Below, one piece after another: positions 44,426-54,900 of a stretch of 64,000 nt of DNA. This stretch comes from Lachnospiraceae bacterium (GTDB lineage: Bacteria; Bacillota; Clostridia; TANB77; CAG-508). A program made the position numbers and the translations under genes. Within the stretch, counting starts at the first letter, position 1, and every line of letters starts with the position of its first letter. The stretch lies in contig CAVFFZ010000005.1 in NCBI GenBank assembly GCA_963621995.1, positions 2,930-66,929 on the forward strand. The letters run 5' to 3'. Below the pieces are notes generated by a model, which was not told the origin of the DNA, did not search any database, and worked only from the letters and a program-made list of their open reading frames with translations.

Positions 44426-44803
44426 ATGAAAAAACAAGTAAAAGTACTTTCTATAGCATTAATAGTATTAACTGTATTATTGGCTATAAGCAATGTTGTA
44501 TTAGCTACAGACATATCAGGAAAAATAGATCAAATTGCACAAGGTAACCCAAGTGCAGATACATCAAAAGTAGTTAATTTAGGTGCAACAATAGTTACTA
44601 TTATGCAAACAGTAGGTATAGTTGTAGCAGTTGTAGTACTATTAATATTAGGTATTAAATATATGATGGGTAGTGCAGAAGAGAAAGCAGAATACAAGAA
44701 AACAATGATACCATATCTTGTAGGAGCTGTATTAATATTTGCTGCAACTACAATAGTTAACGTAGTATACCAGATGGCAAACGGATTAAATTCAACAAAA
44801 TAA
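44426..44803 (+). CDS. VirB2/TrbC-like T4SS pilin-family membrane protein, paralog 3
   Basis: Signal peptide and the core GIKYMMGSAEEKAEYKKTMIPYLVG between two TM helices. Confidence 0.65.
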   Translation: MKKQVKVLSIALIVLTVLLAISNVVLATDISGKIDQIAQGNPSADTSKVVNLGATIVTIMQTVGIVVAVVVLLILGIKYMMGSAEEKAEYKKTMIPYLVGAVLIFAATTIVNVVYQMANGLNSTK

Positions 44804-44811
44804 TAAATAAT

Positions 44812-44840
44812 AAAAAGCTAGCTTTAAGCTAGTTTTTTTG
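44812..44840 (+). terminator. Hairpin + T-run directly after the third pilin gene
   Basis: AAAAGCTAGCT-TTA-AGCTAGTTTTTTT. Confidence 0.6.
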
Positions 44841-44895
44841 TGAATAATTTTACAAAAACATAACAAATATATTACAGAAATATTAAAAATATATT

Positions 44896-44923
44896 AAAAA
44901 TGCACAAAAGTGCATTTTTTTTT
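44896..44923 (+). terminator. Second hairpin + T-run
   Basis: AAAAATGCAC-AAAA-GTGCATTTTTTTTT. It lies inside the 5' end of track ORF 44900-45358, which argues for the later ATG 45011 start. Confidence 0.6.
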
Positions 44924-45010
44924 GCTTTTTTGTTACATTTTGTAAGACTTTCTGTTATAATATATGTAAGTGTAATTAGATATAAAACAAAAGAAAGGAA
45001 ATATATTTGT

Positions 45011-45358
45011 ATGGGAACTTATAATATACCTAGAAATGTTAAAGGAGAGGGAAGAATTTTATTCATATTCTCTGTTAAAAGTATGATTTATTCTGCTATA
45101 GGAGCAGTACTTGGCTTGCCATTCTATTTTATATTTTCAGTATTTAAATTAAATATTGTAGGAATTGCAATAATGGCCTTTATAGCTTTAATAGGATTTA
45201 TAATAGGAACATTTAAATTCCCAGAAATTAACTCACTTAAATTTACTAAAAAAGTAGGCGGAGAAAATATAGACGATATTATAAAACGTGCAATAATGTT
45301 TAAGAAACATGGAAATAGAATTTATCTATATACAAAGGAGGAAGAAAAGAATGGATAG
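45011..45358 (+). CDS. PrgI/TcpE/VirB3-like small T4SS membrane protein
   Basis: YNIPRNVKGEGRILFIFS... followed by two TM helices, with position immediately upstream of the VirB4 region. RBS AAAGGAAA before ATG 45011. Confidence 0.55.
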   Translation: MGTYNIPRNVKGEGRILFIFSVKSMIYSAIGAVLGLPFYFIFSVFKLNIVGIAIMAFIALIGFIIGTFKFPEINSLKFTKKVGGENIDDIIKRAIMFKKHGNRIYLYTKEEEKNG

Positions 45359-46556
45359 TATCAAATTACTTACAATCATTTTAACAGTAGTACTTGGAAT
45401 AATGTTTTTACTTTTAGTAGTATTAGCATTTATGTACATATCTTCAAAAATGAAAAAGAAGGAAAGCAAAGAACAAACAGTTACACCAGATGGAAAAACA
45501 AAAACAAGAAAGTATAAAGAATATAGAACAGAATCAATAATGGACTTTATGGAATTTGATACTGTTATAGATAATATGATTTCTCAAAAAGATGGTATGC
45601 GTTATATTATGGTGGTAGAATGTCAAGGTATTAACTATGATTTAATGTCAGAAGTAGAAAAAAACTCTGTAGAAGAAGGTTTTATACAATTTTTAAATAC
45701 TTTACGTCACCCTATACAAATATATACACAAACAAGAACAATTAACTTAGATAGTAGTATACAAACATACAAAGAGAAAGTAAAAGAAATTCAATATGCA
45801 TTAGAAAAACAAGAAATGCAATATAACCAAATGGTTCGTTCAGAAGCTTATACTCAAGAGCAATTAAACAAAGTATATTTTGAACTAACAAAACAAAGAA
45901 ATCTTTACGAATATGGAAAAGATATTATTTACAACACAGAAAAGATGAGCTTAAACAAAAATGTATTAAACAAGAAATATTATGTGGTAATTCCATATTT
46001 CCTAGAAGAACTTGGTGATAACCACTTTGATAAAGAAGAACAAAGAAATATGGCATTTTCTGAACTATATACAAGAGCACAATCCGTGGTAAGAACTTTA
46101 GGAGTTTGTGGAATAAATGCAAAAGTAATGTCATCAAATGAATTAGTAGAGTTATTATATGTAGCATATAACAGAGATGAAGCAGAAGTATATGGTCTAG
46201 ACAAAGCATTAAAAGCAGGATATGATGAACTTTATAGTACAGCACAAGATGTTGTAGAAAAACAAATGAAAGCATTAGATAAAGAAATAGAAGAAGAAGC
46301 ATTAGAAAAAGCTAGAACGAAAGTAACAGAAGCAAGATCTGAAAAACAAAAAGTATTACAAGAGAAAAAAGATAATAAACGTGACTTAATAGATGAACTT
46401 GCAAAATTAATTATTGAAGAAAATACTCAAATACTTGGAGCAGATATTGCAGAAGATGCAATAGAAAAAATAGATAATGAAAAAGAAGGAGGAACAAAAG
46501 ATAATGTGGAAAAACAAGAAACAAAAAGAGCTAGACAAACAAAGAAAGCTCAATAA
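45351..46556 (+). CDS. Membrane-anchored protein resembling the non-ATPase N-terminal domain of VirB4-type proteins, with a coiled-coil tail and no P-loop
   Basis: N-terminal TM. F.EFDTVIDNMISQKDGMRYIMVVECQGINYDLMSEVEKNSVEEGFIQFLNTLRHPIQIYTQTR follows the same pattern as the start of VirB4/TrsE proteins. The ATG overlaps the previous stop (ATGGATAG). Confidence 0.5.
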   Translation: MDSIKLLTIILTVVLGIMFLLLVVLAFMYISSKMKKKESKEQTVTPDGKTKTRKYKEYRTESIMDFMEFDTVIDNMISQKDGMRYIMVVECQGINYDLMSEVEKNSVEEGFIQFLNTLRHPIQIYTQTRTINLDSSIQTYKEKVKEIQYALEKQEMQYNQMVRSEAYTQEQLNKVYFELTKQRNLYEYGKDIIYNTEKMSLNKNVLNKKYYVVIPYFLEELGDNHFDKEEQRNMAFSELYTRAQSVVRTLGVCGINAKVMSSNELVELLYVAYNRDEAEVYGLDKALKAGYDELYSTAQDVVEKQMKALDKEIEEEALEKARTKVTEARSEKQKVLQEKKDNKRDLIDELAKLIIEENTQILGADIAEDAIEKIDNEKEGGTKDNVEKQETKRARQTKKAQ

Positions 46557-48486
46557 TAATAATGATTATTCAAATCCAGATGAATATCAAATTTTAAAAA
46601 AGAAAACCATAAAAGAACTAATAGCTCCTTCAGGAATAGATGCAAGCAATATAGATCATTTAGAAATAATTTCAAATGTTACAAGATATGCAAGAAGTTT
46701 CTTTGTTTCTGAATTACCAAGAATGGCAACATTCCCAGAATTATTTAGGGATATGTACTTATTCGGAGATATAAATACTTCTATATATATAAACCCAATT
46801 GCAGAATCTAGATCACAAAATGAGTTAAATAGAACTATTAACGAACTTGAAACAGAAAGAATTGTAGCAGCAGATAGAGGAAACATAAACAGAGAAAGTA
46901 CATTAGGACAAAAAAGATGGGAAGCAGAACAATTAAGAGATGAAATTGCAGCAGGTTATAATAAACTATTTGAAGCATCAGTAGTATCTACATTATTTGC
47001 ATATAGCCTAGAAGATTTGGACAGATACACAAAACTTTTAGCATCTGAAATGTCCAAATCATTAGTTGGTATAAAAAGTGCATGGGGAATACAAGAGGAA
47101 GCATTCCAAAGCAATTTACCATTAATGAAAGATAAAGTAAAAAAAACACATACATTTGATAGACGTTCAATGGGAACAGTATTCCCATTTACAACATCAG
47201 AAGTTGGGCATCCAACAGGTATACCACTTGGATTTAACAAACAAACTGGTGTGCCAATATTATTTGATAACTTCCATTCATCACTTGCAAACTATAATAT
47301 GGTTATATTTGCGAAATCTGGTGCTGGTAAATCTGTAACAATGAAAACACTAATTTCTCGTAGCGCAGTATTAATGGGAATTCAAAGTTTAGCACTAGAT
47401 GCCGAAGGCGAATATACAATAGTAGCAGAAAGTTTAGGTGGAATAAATGTAGTTATTAGCCCAACTTCTAAAACAGTTATTAACTTATTTGATATAGAGC
47501 CAGAGGTAATTAGAGACGAAATAACAGGAAAGTCAAGAAGTGTAGTTAATGTGGAAAGTAAAGTTGAAGATGTTACACAAGCGTTACTTACAATGGCAAG
47601 AGGTAGTACAAGATCTCAAGAAGTAAACGAACTTACAAAACAAATTATATCAGAATCTGTTGCAGAGGAATATGCAGCAAACCATATTACAAGTGACCCA
47701 GCAAGTTTATATGAATCAAATGCAATTATGAGTGGAGATGTACTTGGAAAGAAAAAGAAAAATATGCCAACTATAGGTTCATGGTACAAAAGAATACTAA
47801 GAAAAGCAGAAGAAAATAAAAACGTAGATTACCAATTCCATTATAGCTATTTAATTAAGGTTATGAAACAATATATTCGTGAATATAACGGACAAATGGC
47901 GTATTTTGATGGACAATCTACATTTGATTTATTAGATGGAACATTGTTTGTTAACTTAGATATTTCTCAACTAGAGGAAAGGTTTGCAAGACCACTTGCA
48001 CAACAAATTTTACTTTCTTGGATTTGGGAAAAATATGTTAAGAAAAATAGTGAAGATAGAACAAAAGCTTATAAAAAAAGAGTATTAGTTGATGAGGCTT
48101 GGATGTTGCTTCCATACCCAGAAGCCGTAGACTTTTTAAATACAATGGCACGTCGTGCCAGAAAAAGAAATGTATCTTTGGCAATTATTTCTCAAAGATT
48201 CCAAGATTTCTATGAGAAACCAGAGGCACAAGCAGTTTTAACTTCATCTGATACAAAGTTATTTTTAGCACAAGATAAATCTGAAATACAATATTTAAAA
48301 GAAGTATTTAAATTAAGCTCTGGAGAAGCTAACTTCTTAGTAACATGTTTTAAAGGAGAAGGTCTTTTAAAAGTAGGAGCAGATACAGCAATTATTCAGA
48401 TAAAGCCAACTGCAAAAGAATTTGAATTTGTTGAAACAAATATCAATAAGTTGGTTCAAATGAACAAAAAGAAAGAGGAGTACTAA
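46504..48486 (+). CDS. VirB4/TrsE/PrgJ/TcpF-type T4SS ATPase
   Basis: Walker A IFAKSGAGKSVTMK and Walker B RVLVDEAWMLL, then ARRARKRNVSLAIISQ. N-terminal LIAPSGID......LEI......R.FFV..LP domain. The track start is 46477. I prefer ATG 46504, which has GGAGGA 10 nt upstream. Confidence 0.85.
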   Translation: MWKNKKQKELDKQRKLNNNNDYSNPDEYQILKKKTIKELIAPSGIDASNIDHLEIISNVTRYARSFFVSELPRMATFPELFRDMYLFGDINTSIYINPIAESRSQNELNRTINELETERIVAADRGNINRESTLGQKRWEAEQLRDEIAAGYNKLFEASVVSTLFAYSLEDLDRYTKLLASEMSKSLVGIKSAWGIQEEAFQSNLPLMKDKVKKTHTFDRRSMGTVFPFTTSEVGHPTGIPLGFNKQTGVPILFDNFHSSLANYNMVIFAKSGAGKSVTMKTLISRSAVLMGIQSLALDAEGEYTIVAESLGGINVVISPTSKTVINLFDIEPEVIRDEITGKSRSVVNVESKVEDVTQALLTMARGSTRSQEVNELTKQIISESVAEEYAANHITSDPASLYESNAIMSGDVLGKKKKNMPTIGSWYKRILRKAEENKNVDYQFHYSYLIKVMKQYIREYNGQMAYFDGQSTFDLLDGTLFVNLDISQLEERFARPLAQQILLSWIWEKYVKKNSEDRTKAYKKRVLVDEAWMLLPYPEAVDFLNTMARRARKRNVSLAIISQRFQDFYEKPEAQAVLTSSDTKLFLAQDKSEIQYLKEVFKLSSGEANFLVTCFKGEGLLKVGADTAIIQIKPTAKEFEFVETNINKLVQMNKKKEEY

Positions 48487-48501
48487 AAGGAGAGAAATAG
48501 T

Positions 48502-51015
48502 ATGAAAAAAATTACAAAAAAAAGCATACTACAAAAGATAACAATTTCAATATTAAGCATAATGCTACTTTTTAATTTCATAGTGCCAACTTATTCTCAT
48601 GCAGGACTAGGAGGAATATTAACTGATCCAATATTTGATTTTGTAGCGCTTTTGGGAGATACAATAATAGGACTTGTACAAGGAGCTATGAACCTTTCTA
48701 TTGGGGAAGAATTTTCCGCATCTAATAATGCATATATGGTAGATGTAGAAGATTTTAATACAGATTCGAAATATGCAGATTTCAAAAAAACGGGAGACTC
48801 AAAGATTAAAAGAACGATAGATACATCAGAGTTAAATTTAGGTTGGAGTGGAAAAAGTTATCAAGTACCACTATCAAGGTTAAGTCCAGAAGAAATTTTT
48901 GGTGGAAAAGTAGCTGCGCTTGATATTAATTTTATTAATCCTGATAAAGCAACTTGGGGAACTACAACAGATTCAGAAGGAGAAGAAATTGTAGCAAGTT
49001 CTGCAGGACAATTGCAAAAGACAATAGCATCTTGGTATATTGCTCTTAGAAATTTATCAGTAGTAGGACTTTTATCAATATTAGTATATATAGGAATTAG
49101 AATTATATTATCAAGTAACTCGAATGATAAAGCAAAATATAAACAAATGCTTACGGACTGGCTAATAGCTTTATGTTTATTATTCTTTATGCATTATATA
49201 ATGTCTTTTATAATAACCATGACAGAATCTATAACAACGGCAATATTGGGAAGCAGTAATGGAAATATAGCTGTTACTGTAAATTCTTCAAATAATGCAG
49301 CATCTACAGCATTTACGACAAATTTAATGGGATTTGCAAGATTTCAAATACAAAAAAATACGATATTAGAAAAATTTACATATCTTATAATATATGGATT
49401 TTTGCTATATTATACAATAATGTTTGCTTGGAAATATTTAAAAAGGATGGTAATGATGGCATTTTTAACTATAATAGCACCATTAGTTGTACTTACATAT
49501 CCAATAGATAAAATAAGTGACGGGAAAGCCCAAGCATTTGATTCATGGCTTAAAGAGTATATATTTAATGCGTTATTACAGCCTTTTCATTTAATTATTT
49601 ATTATGTATTTGTACTTTCAGCAATGGATTTAGCAACAAATAATATTCTATATACAATAGTTGTTTTATGGTTTATACCAAAAGCAGAAGGAATATTACG
49701 TAAATTCTTTGGATTTGATAAGGCACCATCATTAGGAAGCACAATGGCAGGATTTGCAGGCGGATTAGGATTTTCTAAATTAATGAGCGGAAAAGGTGGC
49801 TCAAAAGGAAAAACTTCAGGCGGAAATTCTTCAAATGAAGGAAACAAACCACCTAGATTTAATAAAGGTACAAATGTAAATGATCTTCCAGGAGGTAGCG
49901 ATAGTGCAGGAGAACAAGAAACACCAGATAATGATCAAGAAGTAGATAACCCATATGAACAACCAAATTATGGAGAACAAGAAGGACAATTATCTCCAGA
50001 AGAAATGGCAGAACAAGATCCAAATTATATGTATATGCATCCTGAGTTATTTGATGATAGGAACAGCCAAACTCCAGAATCATCACAACAAGCACAACAA
50101 GGACAACAGGCAAATCAAGGACAACAGGAAAATCAAGGACAACAGGCAAATCAAGGACAAGATGAATCAGAACAACAAAGTGGTGATGATGATACAAAGG
50201 AAAAGAAAGAAAGCAAGATAAAGCAATATACAAAGAACGGGGTAAGAGGACATGGCGGAGCAGGGAATATGGCTAAAAGAGCAATTAAAGGAACAGCAAG
50301 ATTTGCTACTAAAACAGCATTTACACTTGGTGGAGGTATGGCAGGTGCAATTTTAGGAGCAGCACAAGGAAAGGGAATATCTGGAATGGTATTAGGAGCA
50401 TATGCCGGAGGAAAATCTGGAAATGTAGCTGCAAATCCTGTAATAGGACTAGGCGGAAAAGCATGGAATGCAGGAGAAAGAGTAGTAGGAGCAGTTGGTG
50501 CTGGAAAAGGAAATAGGGCGGCTACATTATTAGGAGGAACAGCACTAGGAAGAGAACTAGATTTAGCACATGGAAATACAAAATTTCAAGATGCAGCTAG
50601 TTCAAAAGAAATAAAAACAAATAAAGATAATGTACAATATGTAAGAGATTATTTAACAGATAAAAATGGTGGTAGAGCACCATCAAATAAAGAAATTAAA
50701 GCGCAAATGAATTCATTAGATCCATATATTGAAAAAGGATTTAGTGATATAAAAGATATGATAAAATCACAAAAAGCAGCACAAAAACTAGGATTAAGTG
50801 ACTCTCAAGCAGCAATTATAGCAGCTATAGGAAAGAAAAATAATATCACACCTGAAAGATTAAATGATGATAAAAAAGCACAAGCAGATCGTAATAATTT
50901 AGTATATCAATTACAAGGAGCAGGAAATTCAAAAGAAAATGCTGAGAAGAGAGCAGATCTAGCAATGAACTATTTGAAAGAAAAAGAGGGAGTAAAAAAT
51001 AGTTCTAGAAAATAA
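48502..51015 (+). CDS. VirB6/TrbL/TcpH-like polytopic T4SS membrane protein with a long Q/N/G-rich C-terminal extension
   Basis: Signal/TM plus at least 6 TM helices in the first about 420 aa. A disordered Gln-rich and Gly-rich tail follows. Size (837 aa) and position match TcpH-like proteins. Confidence 0.6.
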   Translation: MKKITKKSILQKITISILSIMLLFNFIVPTYSHAGLGGILTDPIFDFVALLGDTIIGLVQGAMNLSIGEEFSASNNAYMVDVEDFNTDSKYADFKKTGDSKIKRTIDTSELNLGWSGKSYQVPLSRLSPEEIFGGKVAALDINFINPDKATWGTTTDSEGEEIVASSAGQLQKTIASWYIALRNLSVVGLLSILVYIGIRIILSSNSNDKAKYKQMLTDWLIALCLLFFMHYIMSFIITMTESITTAILGSSNGNIAVTVNSSNNAASTAFTTNLMGFARFQIQKNTILEKFTYLIIYGFLLYYTIMFAWKYLKRMVMMAFLTIIAPLVVLTYPIDKISDGKAQAFDSWLKEYIFNALLQPFHLIIYYVFVLSAMDLATNNILYTIVVLWFIPKAEGILRKFFGFDKAPSLGSTMAGFAGGLGFSKLMSGKGGSKGKTSGGNSSNEGNKPPRFNKGTNVNDLPGGSDSAGEQETPDNDQEVDNPYEQPNYGEQEGQLSPEEMAEQDPNYMYMHPELFDDRNSQTPESSQQAQQGQQANQGQQENQGQQANQGQDESEQQSGDDDTKEKKESKIKQYTKNGVRGHGGAGNMAKRAIKGTARFATKTAFTLGGGMAGAILGAAQGKGISGMVLGAYAGGKSGNVAANPVIGLGGKAWNAGERVVGAVGAGKGNRAATLLGGTALGRELDLAHGNTKFQDAASSKEIKTNKDNVQYVRDYLTDKNGGRAPSNKEIKAQMNSLDPYIEKGFSDIKDMIKSQKAAQKLGLSDSQAAIIAAIGKKNNITPERLNDDKKAQADRNNLVYQLQGAGNSKENAEKRADLAMNYLKEKEGVKNSSRK
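50098..50160 (+). repeat. In-frame 18-bp tandem repeats (GQQ[AE]NQ) x3.5
   Basis: GGACAACAGGCAAATCAA / GGACAACAGGAAAATCAA / GGACAACAGGCAAATCAA / GGACAA. Confidence 0.9.
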
Positions 51016-51038
51016 AAAAATGAGGAGGAGCAATTGCA

Positions 51039-51980
51039 ATGAATAAAATTATACGTTTTTGGAATCAAAATAGAAAATCTATTGTGACTATAATGGTTGC
51101 AATTGCTTTTCTTCTTATTATTATCCAAGTACTAAATCAATTTGCAAAAAATAATAATGAAAAGAGTAGTGAAAAAACAAAAGAAATTGTAGAAGGGTTA
51201 CCAACAAAATCTATTATAGGTGGACAAGATATTTCAGTAGAAACAACAAAGAACAATGTAGAAGAAATAGAAACTTTTATTAAAAAATGTAATAGTGGAG
51301 ATATAGAAGGCGCATATAACATGCTTACAGATAATTGTAAAAATGTGCTTTTTGCGAACAAATTGGAAAATTTTAAAGTAGGGTATTATGATATTATATT
51401 TTCTAGTAAAAGGACAGGAGACATAGAAAATTTTATAAGCAGTAATAAGAGATATACTTATAGAGTGAAATTTTATGAAGATATGTTAGCTTCTGGAAGT
51501 ACGCAAAATAAAGAATCATATCAAGATTATATTACAATAGATGAAAACATGTCTGCAGGAAAGCTAAGCATAAATTCTTTAGTGTATACAAAAGAAATAA
51601 ATAAAGAAAGTGAATTAAATGGAGTTAAAGTAATTGTATTATCCCAACAAATATATAAAGACTATGAAAAATATGAAGTTAAATTTGAAAATACAACAAG
51701 TAACAGAATTTTAATAGACACAAGAACACAAACAAAATCTGTATACATTCTTGGAAGTAATGGGGTATCATATGGCTCTAATATTTCAGAAATATCAAGT
51801 TCTTTATGTGAAATACCAGCAAACTTCTATAGAACATATACAATAACGTTCAATAAAACATATAGTTCAGGAGTACAAACAAAAGGAATTGCGTTTACAG
51901 ATATAGTACCAGATTATGAAACATATAAACAAAATACAAAAGATTATAATCAAAGATTAAGAATAAGTGTTTCTATGTAA
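51039..51980 (+). CDS. N-terminally anchored extracytoplasmic protein, candidate VirB8/TcpC-like T4SS component
   Basis: Single N-terminal TM, a soluble domain of about 270 aa, and position within the T4SS operon. No sequence motif recognised. Confidence 0.35.
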   Translation: MNKIIRFWNQNRKSIVTIMVAIAFLLIIIQVLNQFAKNNNEKSSEKTKEIVEGLPTKSIIGGQDISVETTKNNVEEIETFIKKCNSGDIEGAYNMLTDNCKNVLFANKLENFKVGYYDIIFSSKRTGDIENFISSNKRYTYRVKFYEDMLASGSTQNKESYQDYITIDENMSAGKLSINSLVYTKEINKESELNGVKVIVLSQQIYKDYEKYEVKFENTTSNRILIDTRTQTKSVYILGSNGVSYGSNISEISSSLCEIPANFYRTYTITFNKTYSSGVQTKGIAFTDIVPDYETYKQNTKDYNQRLRISVSM

Positions 51981-51994
51981 AGGTGGTGGCGGGT

Positions 51995-54900
51995 ATGGAA
52001 AATAATGAAAAAACAAATATAGTAGAAAAAGCAAAAGAAGAAATAGAAGCTGCAAAACAAGATATAGAAAGTGTAAAAAAAATAGCTGCCAAATTAGCAA
52101 CAGGAGGAAAATTAGGTGCAGCAAAAGAAGCTATAAAAATGGCTCTAAGGAATTTTAAAAGTAGGATAAAAAAATTTTTAATAGCAACTTTGATGAAATT
52201 ATTACCAATTATTATAGCAGCTGTTATAGTAGCTGGAATAGTTAGTGCTATAAAAGACAAGATGGTAATGCTAATGGCCGGATTATCAAAAGTAGGAGGA
52301 TTCTTTGTAGAGGCATGGCAATGGCTTACAAATGATTATTGGACAGATATAAACCAAAAAATTGAATATGTGGTTGATGCAAATACAGGAGAAACCTTAG
52401 GAACAGAAGAATCTATAAAACAAACATATGTAGATGATGAAACAGGATATATATATGATTATTACGGAAATAGACATGATGAAGCTGGAAATATTTTAGA
52501 TAGTAATGGAGAAATAAGAGAAATTACAACTAGAAGTTACACATTAGTAGATGAATATGTAAGAGAATTAGGAAATAATGGAGTATCAATAAAAGAACTA
52601 CGCCTATTAGGAGATGCAAATTATGAAGATTATGATACTATTGAAAAACTACTAGAAGATGAAAATAATAAAGAATTGGTAGAAAAATATATAGCAGAAT
52701 TCATAAGAGCAGATATTATTTCACAACAACCACATAGAAATATAAAAACAGAGGCAGTTGTGAATCCTAATAATCAATATCAGGTTGATGGTGGAGTGTA
52801 CTTTTACAGAAATATAAGAGATTCAGAATTAAAAGAAGAGGATTTTGATAAAGGTGAATATAATGAAAAAGATGTAGAAGTAAATGAAAAAGATTACAAA
52901 AAAATGGAATATTTAACACCTGAAGAATTTATGAAAGTATTAGGAAAAGAAGGAAGTAGTTTATCAGATTTAGTAAGCAGTGGTGAGATTATAAAGACAA
53001 ACAACAAATCTGTTGGAGAAGAATTAAGATATAGCTTTACAATAGATCCTGAGACAGAAAATATGGTTTTATTGGAAATAAAAACAATAAATACCAAAGA
53101 GTCAGAAGTTGATAGTAAGTTAGGATGGCTACAAGGATTAGTAAAATGGTATAAAGAGACAACTTCTTCTAGCACAGAATATGAGTTAAAAGTGGTAGAA
53201 AAAGATTATAAAAGTCTAATTTCAAAATATACAATGCCATATGAATTTTTAATAAATCTTTGCGAAATAACACAAAATCCTGAATTTGTATATCATGTTG
53301 CATTGCTAGCAAGAGATACAAAAATAACATTAGTAATTCAAGATAATACAGTTCAAATAGTTGAGACGGAAGAAAAAGAAGATGATTGGGAAAAATGGAG
53401 AAACAGTGAAGAATCTGGAGGAAGCTTTGAAGGAGCTAGTTTAGAAGATTCTTGGACTAAAAAAAATAGAAAAGTAACGACAACTATAACCAATGCACCT
53501 GTATTAAGGATATATTCAGCAGATACTTGGAGCTTTTATGAAAAATTTAAATATACTAAAGATATAAAAGGAACTATCGATGATGGGGAAGTAATAACAA
53601 CAACTTTTTCAAAACCATCAAAGTTATCACAACATGTGGAAGGACATTACGTGAACCAATATATGTCAGATTCTTTTTCAGAATCAATATGGGAAGATGG
53701 ATATTATTGGGACGAGTTTATAGTAGAAGAAAGAACGAAAACGCAAATTATTACTTCAGAAATTACATATAATGAGGCAACAATAGCACAATCTGTTGAA
53801 AAATCTAAACAATTTTTAGGATTACTAATAAATGAAACAGGAGAGTGTAGTTATGATTGCTCAAGCGACAAAGTATCTACAATATATAATCCAATTGCAT
53901 TATATTGTGCAAGAAACGCTGTATTTGACGATGTAAATAAAGAGTGTGGTAATAAAGTTAAATATAGAATTCCTAATATGACTATTACAGAAGAGCCATA
54001 TAATAAACTAGTAAGTGGTATACAAATGTTATATGCAGCACTTCAATCAAATAGTACAGGATATAATGGAAAAAAACTAACTACAGAGGTTATAGATGAT
54101 TCTGGTAAAGTAACTGAAGTTGAAGTGGATGAAAAAGATAGGTACAATTTACAAAAACAATATATGTCAGAGACTGATTATGAAAGTGCATATGTAGTAA
54201 AAATGCAAGGTCTTGTAGAGCATTTACAACATTTAATGACATTGCCAGATGAGGATGATTATAATCCAGAATATTTAGAAGATAGTACCGAAGAAAATAC
54301 TGAAGAAAATACTGAAGAAAATACCGAAGAAAATACCGAAGAAAATACGGAGGAAAATACAGAAGATAATAATTATGAAGAAGAAATAATTTCAGGGGCA
54401 GAATTCTGGTGGCCACTAGATGAAAATGCAGCGTGTACAATAAGCTCATATTATGGAAAGAGAAAGGCACCAACAACGGGGGCTTCTACAGATCATAAGG
54501 GAATAGATATTGCAGCAAATCAAGGCACAGCAATTATAGCCTCTGCTGATGGAGTTGTAACAATAGCAGGTTATAGCAAAACAGCAGGAAATTGGATAGT
54601 AATAGATCATGAAAACGGTTATGTAACAAAGTATATGCATTGCCAAAGTATTTTAGTTTCACCAGGAGAAAGGGTAAGTAGGGGACAAGTTATAGGGTAT
54701 GTAGGAAGTACTGGAAATTCAACGGGGCCACACTTACACTTCCAAATAGAATTTAATGGGGAACCTCAAAATCCTTTGGATTATGTAAGTATGAAAACTA
54801 AAAGACCAACTGAAACAACTGAAGGAGAAAAGGTTACAGTAGATGATGCTACAAAATTAGATGTAATATATGCAGTTGTTGCTACAGAATGTGCTGAGAA

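Noticed and set aside
43766-44437. 223-aa minus-strand ORF spanning the pilin genes
   Set aside because: It is antisense to three well-supported + strand genes that have RBSs and shared motifs. Its translation is low-complexity Ile/Phe/Ser-rich, so it is an artefact of AT-rich antisense sequence.
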